64,000 bases of DNA, taken from the IMG/VR virus record IMGVR_UViG_3300014039_000027, positions 16,713-80,712 of that record, one strand, 5' to 3'. This DNA is from a virus. Lineage: Duplodnaviria; Caudoviricetes. The translations under genes were made by a program, and so were the position numbers. Of the stretch, positions 36,247-44,884 are shown one piece after another. Position 1 is the first letter of the stretch; each line of letters begins with the position of its first letter. Under the pieces are notes generated by a model. It did no database searches. It saw only the letters and a list, made by a program, of their open reading frames with translations, and was not told where the DNA came from.

Positions 36247-36909
36247 TTAAAGTCGTAATATTGCCGCCGGGGGAACCCCGTTGAGCACGTTGTTTTGGTA
36301 GAAGTCCGTTTCCTTTTCCAGCAGCCACGCCATGTCCGCTTCCTGTTCCGCCCTCTCGAAGTGATAAGTGCGTATGCTCAGGTCACCGTCCATGTTCTCC
36401 AGGCTTGCCATCAGGTCCGCAAACTCATACCCGGTGGCCAGCATTTGGTGCAGGATCTGCGCCATATAATGGCTGGGGATCTGCCCGTCCCACTTCGCCC
36501 AGCCCGCCTTGCCGTTGGGTGTCGCTGTCTTGATCTCCAAAATGCCCCTCCGCCCTCGCTCGTCAGTGATCTCGCCGTCCAGCGTGGCGAATATAAATGG
36601 CCGTTCTTTCTGATACAAAATGTCGTAGGGGTAGTAGTCCACCGTGCGCCCCGGGTGCATAGCGGTGTACAGCCCCCGCAGCGCCGGTTCCATCCGCACG
36701 CCGCGGCTCACCGCCGCGCTGCCGCTTAGGTCCTTGGGCTTGTCCGCCCCCACCTTCAGCCGCCACAGTTCCAGTTTCGACAGCCACGGGGACATTCCCA
36801 CTACCGCTGCGGCTTCGCTGGCGCCTATTCCCTGCATACGTCCGGCCAACCAGTCCTCCCGGTTCTCAAAGTGCAGCCGTTCCAGTTCTTTTCCATCTCC
36901 TTCCCACAA
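36247..36909 (-). CDS. YqaJ-like viral recombinase exonuclease
   Basis: WL..R..GIGASEAAAVVG.SPW, ATLDG, LEIKT, Y.AQ..HQM. Confidence 0.9.
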   Translation of the reverse strand: MWEGDGKELERLHFENREDWLAGRMQGIGASEAAAVVGMSPWLSKLELWRLKVGADKPKDLSGSAAVSRGVRMEPALRGLYTAMHPGRTVDYYPYDILYQKERPFIFATLDGEITDERGRRGILEIKTATPNGKAGWAKWDGQIPSHYMAQILHQMLATGYEFADLMASLENMDGDLSIRTYHFERAEQEADMAWLLEKETDFYQNNVLNGVPPAAILRL

Positions 36910-37136
36910 ACAAAAAGAGCGCCGCCAAGCGGTCCGGTTTTCCGAACCACTCGACGACGCTCCGCCCTTCCCGCCAACTGACTTAGGCGGGGTACGCTAT
37001 TTGGTCTTTACCTCTGCTCTGCTGACCTTGACGATTTTCACGCCATCCTTCAGGGGTATCAGCTCAATGCGAAAGTTCTTCGCCAGTGCCGCGTTGATAA
37101 CGGCGATTTGTTCTGTTGTGATATGCGCGGTTTCTT

Positions 37137-37535
37137 TCATGCGTCTCTCTTCCCCAAGAATGATTTTGCTGCCTCATAAATTTCGTTTACAAAGTCATCA
37201 ACATCTTTCCAGTCGTAGACACAAAGGTACTTCCCCCGATTTACCACTACAGAACAATCTGGAAGATCTTTCCTCCGAGGTTTGCCTGCGTGGGATTTTA
37301 TATATATCGTCCCTTTTCTGTTAGGATCTTCATCTCCCCGCCTCTCTACATTGGATGGTTTCCCACGCTCCACAAATACATAATACCCTTCGTAAAGAAG
37401 CCTGTTCTCCGCATTGAGGTCAGCAGCTGTTTTGGGCGCAATACCGCGCTTTAACCTGTCGAGTTCTTCTTCGAGTTTTGCTATCTGCGTCTCTCTGATC
37501 GCAATTTTTTTCTCTACCGATTTAATTCTACCCAT
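37137..37535 (-). CDS. AT-rich hypothetical protein (moron-like)
   Basis: 132-aa ORF of lower GC. Confidence 0.6.
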   Translation of the reverse strand: MGRIKSVEKKIAIRETQIAKLEEELDRLKRGIAPKTAADLNAENRLLYEGYYVFVERGKPSNVERRGDEDPNRKGTIYIKSHAGKPRRKDLPDCSVVVNRGKYLCVYDWKDVDDFVNEIYEAAKSFLGKRDA

Positions 37536-37565
37536 AACTAAAAGAACCTCTCATTAAAATTTTGT

Positions 37566-37754
37566 TTATTTATAAAGCCCCATGGCTTTACAGCTTGTCC
37601 ACACGCCCACAAGGGCGGCTCCCGCGAGAAGCAGCAGCCACAGCGAGCCGCCGTTCTCCACTTCTCCGATGACGCCCCACGCCAGGAAGGCACTCACGCC
37701 CAGCAGCCATTTCCACTTTCGGCTCCGCCGGCGCTCATTCCGCGTCTTGCTCAT
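37566..37754 (-). CDS. Small membrane protein
   Basis: Two hydrophobic segments. Confidence 0.55.
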   Translation of the reverse strand: MSKTRNERRRSRKWKWLLGVSAFLAWGVIGEVENGGSLWLLLLAGAALVGVWTSCKAMGLYK

Positions 37755-37908
37755 CGTCCTTCACTTCCTCCATGTGGTCCTCTCCGCACACCGGGCAATA
37801 CACCTCCCGGCGCACCTCGATGCCGTTCTCACCGTCCAGGTTCTCTTTCCTCTCCCGGACCACCGGCGCGTCGAACTTCACGCCGCATATCCTGCACCGA
37901 TAGCTCAT
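37735..37908 (-). CDS. Small Zn-ribbon protein
   Basis: MSYRCRICG...YCPVCG. Confidence 0.55.
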   Translation of the reverse strand: MSYRCRICGVKFDAPVVRERKENLDGENGIEVRREVYCPVCGEDHMEEVKDDEQDAE

Positions 37909-38147
37909 AGCGTGATGGCCGACCGCAGGTCATCAATGGGGATGTGCAGCTTCCGGCACGCCGCCTGAAGCTCCCGCACCGTGAAGTCCAGCGGGCTTTT
38001 CTTCCGCCGCAGCAGCGTCATGGTGGTCATGTTCATGGCCTCCGCCAGCTCCTGCTTTTTCACGCCCTCTGTTTCCAGTGCGCCATACAGCAGCGTCACG
38101 ATCTTCTGCTCTGTGGGGTTCACCCCCAGCGGCTTCACTCTCGGCAT
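37905..38147 (-). CDS. HTH protein
   Basis: KQELAEAMNMTTMTLLRRKKSPLDFTVREL. Confidence 0.7.
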   Translation of the reverse strand: MPRVKPLGVNPTEQKIVTLLYGALETEGVKKQELAEAMNMTTMTLLRRKKSPLDFTVRELQAACRKLHIPIDDLRSAITL

Positions 38148-38947
38148 TTTCTCCCCTCCCTGTTGCTTAAAAACCTGTCCACGAAGTACGTCTGCCCGCG
38201 GCCCGTTACCTTCACTGTTTTGCTGACGGTAACGGAACCGTCCGACCGGGTAATGGCCGTTTCCTTGATGCTGAAAAGCCCCATTTCCATCGACCGCTGC
38301 GTGGGCATATTGTAGTCTGTTCCATTGCGGCGGATCAGATAGCCGTTGTCCCGGAGCCATCCAAACAATCGGTTCTGTCCGATGTTCACGCCGTTCTGCC
38401 GCAGCAGCTTCGCCAGCTCACCCACCAGGATGGAGGTGTGGGACGCGCTTACAGCATCCGCAAACAGTACCTTTGGCCTGTCCGCTTCCGCCTGCTGCTC
38501 CAGCGCCCTGCGCTTCTGCTGCTCCTGCTTGAGTGTTGTGGCCAGCTGGATAATGTAGTCCGGGTCTGTCAGCGTCCGTTCGATGACCTCCGGCGTCATG
38601 TAAGCGCCGTTGCGCCGAATGGAGGGCAGGACTTCCTCCGTTACCCAGTCGGTGAACTTCTCCGCCGTCGGCAGCTTCGAACCAAACACCAGCCGGTAAA
38701 TGTCGCTTTCGGGGATAAATGACATTCCCGTTGCTCGCGTCGCCGGCGTTCCATCCGCCCTTTCTCCGGTTTGTACCCATGCGTCGCGTTTCACGACACC
38801 CCTGCAATGGCGCAAGATGGCATCACGAGGGTTGCTATATCCCAGCGCCCGTGCTACGTCTGTAGCGCAAAAAAGAATCCTGCTGTTTTCCTCGATAGTG
38901 CGAATGCTGCCGAACTCCGGATTGCTGAAAACCTGCATCTCGTTCAC
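38135..38947 (-). CDS. Antirepressor, Bro-N plus KilA-C/ANT domain
   Basis: FCATDVARALGYSNPRDAI, IPESDIYRL, WVTEEVLPSIR.NGAY, PKVLFADAV, IGQNRLF.WLR..GYL. Confidence 0.9.
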   Translation of the reverse strand: MNEMQVFSNPEFGSIRTIEENSRILFCATDVARALGYSNPRDAILRHCRGVVKRDAWVQTGERADGTPATRATGMSFIPESDIYRLVFGSKLPTAEKFTDWVTEEVLPSIRRNGAYMTPEVIERTLTDPDYIIQLATTLKQEQQKRRALEQQAEADRPKVLFADAVSASHTSILVGELAKLLRQNGVNIGQNRLFGWLRDNGYLIRRNGTDYNMPTQRSMEMGLFSIKETAITRSDGSVTVSKTVKVTGRGQTYFVDRFLSNREGRKCRE

Positions 38948-39156
38948 TTTCGCCCCTCCCCCTTCATCAGCTCATCCAATGTGCAGCGGTACAGCGCAGA
39001 CAGTTTATGCAGGATTGCTACGGAAGGATCGGACTTTCCTGTCTCATAAAGACTCACCGCCGAAACGCTTACTCCCAGCAGGTTCGCCACTGTTTTCTGC
39101 GAATACCCCGCTTTCTTTCTCTGCTCCTTGTAGCTCAATTTCTCATCTCCCATCAA
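38944..39156 (-). CDS. Cro-like XRE HTH protein
   Basis: QKTVANLLGVSVSAVSLYETGKSDP; divergent from cI. Confidence 0.85.
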   Translation of the reverse strand: MMGDEKLSYKEQRKKAGYSQKTVANLLGVSVSAVSLYETGKSDPSVAILHKLSALYRCTLDELMKGEGRK

Positions 39157-39173
39157 AAATAATTGAGAAATAC

Positions 39174-39202
39174 TTGACTTTTTCTGAAATTCGCCTTATT
39201 AT
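39174..39202 (+). promoter_or_regulatory. Rightward (cI) promoter
   Basis: TTGACT-17-TATTAT. Confidence 0.65.
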
Positions 39203-39291
39203 GTGTTTGCCTACACGAATAACTTAGCAAATTTCGCTTAATAAAAGCGGTTGTTTTCTCCATGTTTGCTCGAATTATTTTGCGTAGCTTT

Positions 39292-39320
39292 ATATTAACT
39301 CAATATTCACTCAATATCAA
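39292..39320 (-). promoter_or_regulatory. Leftward (lytic/cro) promoter
   Basis: TTGATA-17-TAATAT on the minus strand. Confidence 0.55.
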
Positions 39321-39380
39321 GAGCAATCTGCTTCATTTCTCAATGTTTGTAGCAATGCACAATTTTGGAGGTATACTTTT

Positions 39381-39734
39381 GTGAATGGTGAACTGTTCGT
39401 TTACAAGATTTGGCAATTATGCAAAGCCAAGGGGCTGACAAAGGCCGAGTTCTACGAGGCTGCCGGCATCACTCCGTCGGCAATGGCTCTCTACAAAAAG
39501 GGAAAAACAAAGCCGTCAATGGACACACTTCGTACTATTGCGCGTGTTTTGGAAATCGACGTTTCTTATTTACTGGCTGAACTTTACGGCGATGAAACAG
39601 AAAAAGAGCCCGCTTCCCAACTGGAAAGCGAACTCGATTCCGCCCTGGTGAAATTGTTGTGCTCTCTTACCCCGACTGAACTGGCGCAGGTGCAGGGCTT
39701 TGCCGCAGCGCTGATAGCAGCTCGTAAAGCCTGA
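39381..39734 (+). CDS. CI-like XRE repressor without a protease domain
   Basis: HTH GITPSAMALYKKGKTKPS..IARVLEIDVSYLL; short helical C-terminus. Confidence 0.8.
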   Translation: MNGELFVYKIWQLCKAKGLTKAEFYEAAGITPSAMALYKKGKTKPSMDTLRTIARVLEIDVSYLLAELYGDETEKEPASQLESELDSALVKLLCSLTPTELAQVQGFAAALIAARKA

Positions 39735-39789
39735 CCTTTTCCTCCATCGTCAAGGTGGAGACCAACTTCCTTGCTTCCTGTTCGTTCAT
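39667..39789 (-). CDS. 40-aa antisense peptide resembling the repressor C-terminal helices
   Basis: MNEQEARKLVSTLTMEEKVRLYELLSALRQ; GAGGGG RBS. Confidence 0.45.
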   Translation of the reverse strand: MNEQEARKLVSTLTMEEKVRLYELLSALRQSPAPAPVQSG

Positions 39790-39999
39790 TTCTCTGTGCC
39801 CCCTCATTTGTCGTTTCGTGTCGTCTGCCTGGTTTGATCGTACTCCCTGTATGCCTCGGTGTCTATACTCATTTCGGGGAAACGCTCCCCAATTTGGGGA
39901 AATGCTGCCCGGTCGCTTATCCATATTTGGCTGTCTGCCACCCAAATATGGATTTTTGGGGGATGAAATATCATCCGTTACCGATAGAAAGGGGAAATC

Positions 40000-40620
40000 A
40001 TGTCTATATCAGAGATCCAGCACATCGCACCGTATATCCAGAAATTCCCGGAGCTTGTCCGCCACGCCAAAACCGCTGCCGGACTGACCAACGAGGAGCT
40101 GTCCGACCTGTCCGGCGTTCCTTACTCCACCGTCTGCAAGATCCAGTCCGGTGAGCGCGATCCCAAGCTATATGACGCCATCGCCATCATGCAAGCGCTT
40201 GGCATCTCCCCCTATCAGGCGTTTGCCATCCCGTCGGATGGGGACGCCGACGCCGCTGCCGCCCAGGAGCGCATACACGAGCTGGAATTGGATAACGCCG
40301 TTGCCTCCGGTGATGTGGCGCGGCTGGAGCAGGTCAACGGCCTCTGCACAGAGCGTCTGGATGCTGTCATTCACCAGCGCGACTACTACAGGCGCCGGTC
40401 CATCTTTGCTTCGATCTTTTCTGCCGCACTCTCGCTGTTCCTGGTCGTTTACCTGTTCTTCGATTTCCGCACCCCCAACTTCGGCTTTGTTCTCCAGGGC
40501 AGCCCAACGGCCTTTGCGTGGCTCGTTATTCTTCTCGTGGCTATCTCCGTCGGTGGGTGCGGCATCGTCGGGTATCGGGCGTTGCTTAAAACCGCAAAAG
40601 AGACCGTCTTGCGGAAATAG
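40000..40620 (+). CDS. HTH plus coiled coil plus two-TM protein
   Basis: LTNEELSDLSGVPYSTVCKI HTH; two C-terminal TM helices. Confidence 0.75.
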   Translation: MSISEIQHIAPYIQKFPELVRHAKTAAGLTNEELSDLSGVPYSTVCKIQSGERDPKLYDAIAIMQALGISPYQAFAIPSDGDADAAAAQERIHELELDNAVASGDVARLEQVNGLCTERLDAVIHQRDYYRRRSIFASIFSAALSLFLVVYLFFDFRTPNFGFVLQGSPTAFAWLVILLVAISVGGCGIVGYRALLKTAKETVLRK

Positions 40621-40828
40621 AACGCACGTTCGACTGTGTTCTACATTATACGTCACAAGTTTCTTGTTTTCAATACACACATTTAACAAGTTTCTTGAGA
40701 TTTTTTGTTGAAAAAAGAAAAAGCCGCCCAATCGGACGGCTTTTCCATATAAGTTCCATTCCCACCAACACCATCACGAGTCTTAAAGAAAGGAGCCTAC
40801 AACAGTAGGGTAACACGAAAATATCAAA

Positions 40829-41947
40829 ATGTCAACGAAATGCAAGTCCTGCAAGCGCGAAGTTCCCGACAACGCCACCTTCTGCCCCTGGTGCGGCCAC
40901 AAGCAGGTGCGCGAGCGCAAAAAGGACGGCGTTATCAAAGTGCCGGAACCGAAACAGCTCCCCTCCGGCAGCTGGCGCATTTACCTTCGCGCGGAGCAGC
41001 AGTCTGTTACCGAACCTACCAAAGACCGCTGCATCGCCAAGGCCAAGGCCATCCGCGCCGGTTTTGTGGAGCAGCAGAAAAAGGCCAAGGACGAGCCCCT
41101 TCTGCTCTCCGAGGCCATTGAGAATTATATCACACGCCGCGCCCTGCTCTCCCCCAACACCATCCGCGGCTACCGCATCTATCAGAAAAACCGGTTCAAA
41201 TCCTGTCAGGGCGTTAATATCCGCGAGCCGGTGGATTGGCAGTCGTATATAAACGAAGAGGCCGCGCTCTGCGCCCCTAAAACGCTGAAGAATGCCTGGG
41301 GCTTTATAAAGTCCGTCTTAGAGGAAAACGGCATCGCTGTTCCAAAAGTAACACTGCCGAAGCTTCCCGTTTCCGAGCATAAGTGGCTCACGCCGGAGCA
41401 GATCATCGTATTCTGCAAGGCCATCGAGGGCAAGCCCTTCGAGAAGGAAGCGCTTTTTGCCCTCCACAGTCTGCGCCGCGGAGAACTGCTGGCCCTCAAA
41501 TGGGAGGACATAGATTTCAAGTCCGATTCCTTCCGCGTTCATGCCGTCATCGCGCAGAACGAAAAAAACGAGTACGTGGAGAAAATAACGCCCAAAACAC
41601 AAAAGTCCAACCGCGTCGTCCCCTTTATGATCCCGCGCCTCCGCCAGCTCCTCAAGGAGGAAAATGGCCCCAAAGGCAAGCGCGTGTCCTATCAGCCGCC
41701 AAACGGCCTCTGGCGTAAGTTCAACGATGTCTGTGAAGCAAACGGGCTCCCCAAGGTCGGTGTGCATGGCCTGCGCCACAGCTTCGCCTCCCTGGCCTAC
41801 AGCCTCGGCTTCAAGGAGGAGGAATGTATGCGTATCGGCGGCTGGTCAGATTACAGGGTCATGCACGAAATATATACCCACCTCGCCGCCCGCGATATAA
41901 ACGCCCGCGTCAAGGAGATGGAAAATTTCTATAAAGAAAACCTGTGA
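40829..41947 (+). CDS. int: Tyrosine integrase with N-terminal Zn ribbon
   Basis: LRRGELLALKWEDID, HGLRHSFAS, GGWSD...IYTHL; CKSC..CPWCG. Confidence 0.93.
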   Translation: MSTKCKSCKREVPDNATFCPWCGHKQVRERKKDGVIKVPEPKQLPSGSWRIYLRAEQQSVTEPTKDRCIAKAKAIRAGFVEQQKKAKDEPLLLSEAIENYITRRALLSPNTIRGYRIYQKNRFKSCQGVNIREPVDWQSYINEEAALCAPKTLKNAWGFIKSVLEENGIAVPKVTLPKLPVSEHKWLTPEQIIVFCKAIEGKPFEKEALFALHSLRRGELLALKWEDIDFKSDSFRVHAVIAQNEKNEYVEKITPKTQKSNRVVPFMIPRLRQLLKEENGPKGKRVSYQPPNGLWRKFNDVCEANGLPKVGVHGLRHSFASLAYSLGFKEEECMRIGGWSDYRVMHEIYTHLAARDINARVKEMENFYKENL

Positions 41948-41964
41948 CCCCGCCAGGCCATACC

Positions 41965-42000
41965 CGTGTGTAAATTCGTGTGTAAATCCGTGTGTAAAAA
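41965..42000 (+). repeat. Three 12-nt direct repeats (integrase arm-type sites)
   Basis: CGTGTGTAAATT CGTGTGTAAATC CGTGTGTAAAAA. Confidence 0.75.
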
Positions 42001-42094
42001 CGCCCAAAAAGCCTGTTTGTAAAGCAACAAAAGCATAGCAAAGCAAACGCAGAAGTTATGCCGCAAAAACGCCAAAACCCATTGAAATAACAAG

Positions 42095-42126
42095 AAATCC
42101 CGCAGTCTCAACGACTGCGGGATTTC
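42095..42126. terminator. Hairpin terminator next to the att core
   Basis: GAAATCCCGCAGTC-TCAAC-GACTGCGGGATTTC. Confidence 0.75.
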
Positions 42127-42134
42127 CCTTCACT

Positions 42135-42158
42135 TGGCAGCGGGAGAAGGATTCGAAC
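42135..42158 (-). other. att core: 3' end of a tRNA (T arm plus acceptor, G73-CCA)
   Basis: Reverse complement GTTCGAATCCTTCTCCCGCTGCCA with no 5' half of the tRNA present. Confidence 0.8.
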
Positions 42159-42204
42159 GCTCACTTTTCCTTATAAACCCGCTGTGCCACAACACTTTTG
42201 AAAT

Positions 42205-42230
42205 CCGTGTGCATTTTCGTGTGTAAAATT
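42205..42230 (+). repeat. Two further arm-type repeats on the other side of the core
   Basis: CCGTGTGCATTT TCGTGTGTAAAA. Confidence 0.7.
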
Positions 42231-42307
42231 GCATACTTACAACCCTGCTTGCCTCGCTGCGCCCGTTGTCGAATAATGTAAAAATACATTATATAATATG
42301 TAGGGTT

Positions 42308-42937
42308 TTATTCCTCACACCACCACACCGTTTCCCTTCTGGCTCCCGCCACAGCGGCCTCCTCGTGGGTCATCAGTATGTCAACGTGCTTGCCTATTAC
42401 GCCCACGTCCAGGGCGATGTATGTCTTGTCTCCGATAATGACCGTGCTGCCGGTCGGTATCACATCCGGATCCGTCGCCACGCAGGAACCAGGGTACACC
42501 CACTGGCCGCTGGCGGTCAGGACGCGCCCAAACTCGTCCTGGTTCATGTGCGCGTACTTCTCCACGCAGTCGGCGCAGTAGCCGGTAATGATGCAGTCCT
42601 CCAGCACGTTGCTTTTGGCCTTGATGGCTTCCAGTATGCGTTCCGACTCATCGGGGTCCTCTTCTACGATTGTATCATGGCTGTCAACATCTTCGCCCCA
42701 CTCCACCCGCAGGACAGTGTTCGGCGTGTCCGCGCTGGCTCTCCACGGGGCGATCAGCGCGAAGATCAGCAGCGCCAGCAGCATGAACTCCAGCAGAAAA
42801 TGTGTCTGCTCCCGCCGCACCACGCGCCGGTACTCTGCCCGCATGGACACGAATGGACCGGGGCATAAACCGAACTCCCCGGCGCGGGCTATGTTCTCGC
42901 TCATCGCCTTATATACTATCTGCTCTCTTTTGGTCAT
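42308..42937 (-). CDS. Membrane-anchored 3D-domain (MltA-like) protein
   Basis: TM helix; TASG..VYPG..VATDPDVIPTGS.VII....YIALDVG..IG.HVDI. Confidence 0.8.
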   Translation of the reverse strand: MTKREQIVYKAMSENIARAGEFGLCPGPFVSMRAEYRRVVRREQTHFLLEFMLLALLIFALIAPWRASADTPNTVLRVEWGEDVDSHDTIVEEDPDESERILEAIKAKSNVLEDCIITGYCADCVEKYAHMNQDEFGRVLTASGQWVYPGSCVATDPDVIPTGSTVIIGDKTYIALDVGVIGKHVDILMTHEEAAVAGARRETVWWCEE

Positions 42938-42952
42938 TGATTATATCGCTCC

Positions 42953-43360
42953 TCACGAATAGTACAGGTTTACTCTGCGGTCAGCGCAGTGCTTGAATAT
43001 CGCTTTCCAGTGTTCAAACATATTGTAGGGCTTCATCACATGGTAATTGTGCCCCATCATATCGGATTTCAAATCCTTCATGGCGTTGTATATCTTGCGG
43101 CACTCCTGCGGAGTGAATTTTCCTCCGCAGTCTGAATGGAAAATCAGGATGTCCAGATCATCGTTGCAATGCGCGTCCCAGTATTTCGCTTCTGCGTCAG
43201 AGAAGGGCGTACCGCGGAGCATATTCCTCTTGAAAATGTCGTGGCACTGTTGCCCGTAGGCAACCTTTATCAATTCAAGGATAAACGTTCCGTATGTAAG
43301 ATAGCCGCAGTCGAAGCCGGCTCCATCAGGCAATCCTTTCGCATGAGCGCAAAGTCCCAT
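42953..43360 (-). CDS. Hypothetical protein
   Basis: 135 aa; HSDCGGKFTPQECRKI. Confidence 0.65.
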   Translation of the reverse strand: MGLCAHAKGLPDGAGFDCGYLTYGTFILELIKVAYGQQCHDIFKRNMLRGTPFSDAEAKYWDAHCNDDLDILIFHSDCGGKFTPQECRKIYNAMKDLKSDMMGHNYHVMKPYNMFEHWKAIFKHCADRRVNLYYS

Positions 43361-43503
43361 TATTCTTCACCGTCCTTCTCTTCTTTCTCATACAGCGGGC
43401 ACCCGCAGTTTACAAAGTCGGCACAGTGGGGGCTGTCCCCATTGAAGCACGCCCACGTCCACTCCTCGTGCCATTTGCAGCCGACACAGCATTTGTTCTT
43501 CAT
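43360..43503 (-). CDS. Small Cys-rich protein
   Basis: MKNKCCVGCKWH..., 47 aa. Confidence 0.5.
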   Translation of the reverse strand: MKNKCCVGCKWHEEWTWACFNGDSPHCADFVNCGCPLYEKEEKDGEE

Positions 43504-43703
43504 GCTCTCACCTTCTTGCTCAGTCTGTTCCAGCTTGCCGTAGCCGCACTCTGGCTCCACCCAGACAAGGTGAACCCACAGCTTGCACAGCGGACGTAAT
43601 ACCGTTCCGGCACATGGACGCCGATCTTGCGCTCTCCGCTGTCCCTGCCGCAGTGGGGGCACACCTCCAGCTTCCCGCGGGGCTTTCTGTTGTACTGGTT
43701 CAT
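43500..43703 (-). CDS. Lar-like restriction-alleviation Zn-finger protein
   Basis: L..CPHCG...YYVRC.SCG....A...WNR. Confidence 0.6.
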   Translation of the reverse strand: MNQYNRKPRGKLEVCPHCGRDSGERKIGVHVPERYYVRCASCGFTLSGWSQSAATASWNRLSKKVRA

Positions 43704-43951
43704 CCTAAATACTCCTTCATCTTCTTATCCAGCCCCTTCTCCCGCAGCGTCCTGCCGTTCATGGTGTACTGCCGCAGCCGAAGCATGAGGCTTTCCTCAT
43801 GGCAGCGGTCGCAGTAGCCCCGCATCGCTCTGTCCCGCATCGGGTCTCTCTGCTGCTCGTGTGTCAGATACACGATGTACTCCGCCTCCATCTCCTTGAT
43901 GCACTTGGGGCACAGTTTGGCAGTGCGGACCGTCCAAATGGCCTTATCCAT
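43700..43951 (-). CDS. Zn-ribbon hypothetical protein
   Basis: LCPKC...CDRC. Confidence 0.6.
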   Translation of the reverse strand: MDKAIWTVRTAKLCPKCIKEMEAEYIVYLTHEQQRDPMRDRAMRGYCDRCHEESLMLRLRQYTMNGRTLREKGLDKKMKEYLG

Positions 43952-44312
43952 TATGGCGCTCTCTTCTTTCGCGTATACTCTTTTCGGTGGAAGCTACGGC
44001 GCGGAGGATGTCGTAAGAGTCAACCCTCGAAAGAGTGTCAACGGCAATAACGTCTTTCCCGATGTATCTCGCATAGTCGTACTCCAATTTTGCGCCCTTG
44101 CTTACCTCCCATCCGCGCTGAAAAAGCACCACATCCGCGCTCTCCAGCATGGCAAAGCATATACGCATATAGTCCGCCGGCTTCATGCCCTCCGGCAGCT
44201 CCGCCGGGTTCAGGACGGTGTGCCCCGCCTCCTGCAGCACGGCTTTCGTTTCCTTAAACTCTGCCTTATAATCCGGGTTTCCGTTGATCCGGCCCGCTAT
44301 GTAGATCTTCAT
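43944..44312 (-). CDS. DUF4406-family protein
   Basis: MKIYIAG.I.G...Y...F......L...GH.VLNPA; YMRICFAML..AD; SKGAKLE. Confidence 0.85.
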   Translation of the reverse strand: MKIYIAGRINGNPDYKAEFKETKAVLQEAGHTVLNPAELPEGMKPADYMRICFAMLESADVVLFQRGWEVSKGAKLEYDYARYIGKDVIAVDTLSRVDSYDILRAVASTEKSIRERRERHNG

Positions 44313-44884
44313 TTCTCCGTTTCCTCCTTCTCCAGCTTGTCCAGCGCCTTCCCGATAAGTTTCCAGCGGTCTACGCCAATGTCCCTCGCCTCGATCAAGC
44401 CGAAGCGCACCACATCGGGTGCCACCTTGCCGCCGGTGGCATCAGACACTCTCTGCGCCCATCCCAGCTTCGTTTTCTGCTGGTAGGCTTGCAGTCGTAT
44501 AAAAACCTCGCGTTTGATCTCCGCCATCGCGCCCTTGGGCTTAAACGGTGTAGCGGGTTCCGTCAGCTGCGGTGCGGGAGCTGGCGGGGCATCCTTGCCC
44601 TCCGCCTGTTCGCCATCCTCCTGCACCTGCACATACGCGCCGACGGGACGTATATCTTCCTTGTTGAGTATCTTTATCGCTTGTACGCCGTCAGGCACGA
44701 CCGCAAATATCGTGTCCTCATTCTCCACGCCCAGCGCAGGAAACTCCTCGACGGCGTAGGACGTGACTTCCTCCGGCAGCACCAGCACACCACGCACCAG
44801 TCCCTCCATGATGTGGTTGGTCACACCCTGCGCTATCTGCATACCGCCTTTCACGCGGACGATCAGCACCTTTCGTTCCGTCAT
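44309..44884 (-). CDS. Hypothetical protein
   Basis: 191-aa coupled ORF. Confidence 0.6.
   Translation of the reverse strand: MTERKVLIVRVKGGMQIAQGVTNHIMEGLVRGVLVLPEEVTSYAVEEFPALGVENEDTIFAVVPDGVQAIKILNKEDIRPVGAYVQVQEDGEQAEGKDAPPAPAPQLTEPATPFKPKGAMAEIKREVFIRLQAYQQKTKLGWAQRVSDATGGKVAPDVVRFGLIEARDIGVDRWKLIGKALDKLEKEETEK

Noticed and set aside
42135-42158. Complete tRNA gene next to the integrase
   Set aside because: Only the T arm and 3' acceptor strand are present; treated as the att core
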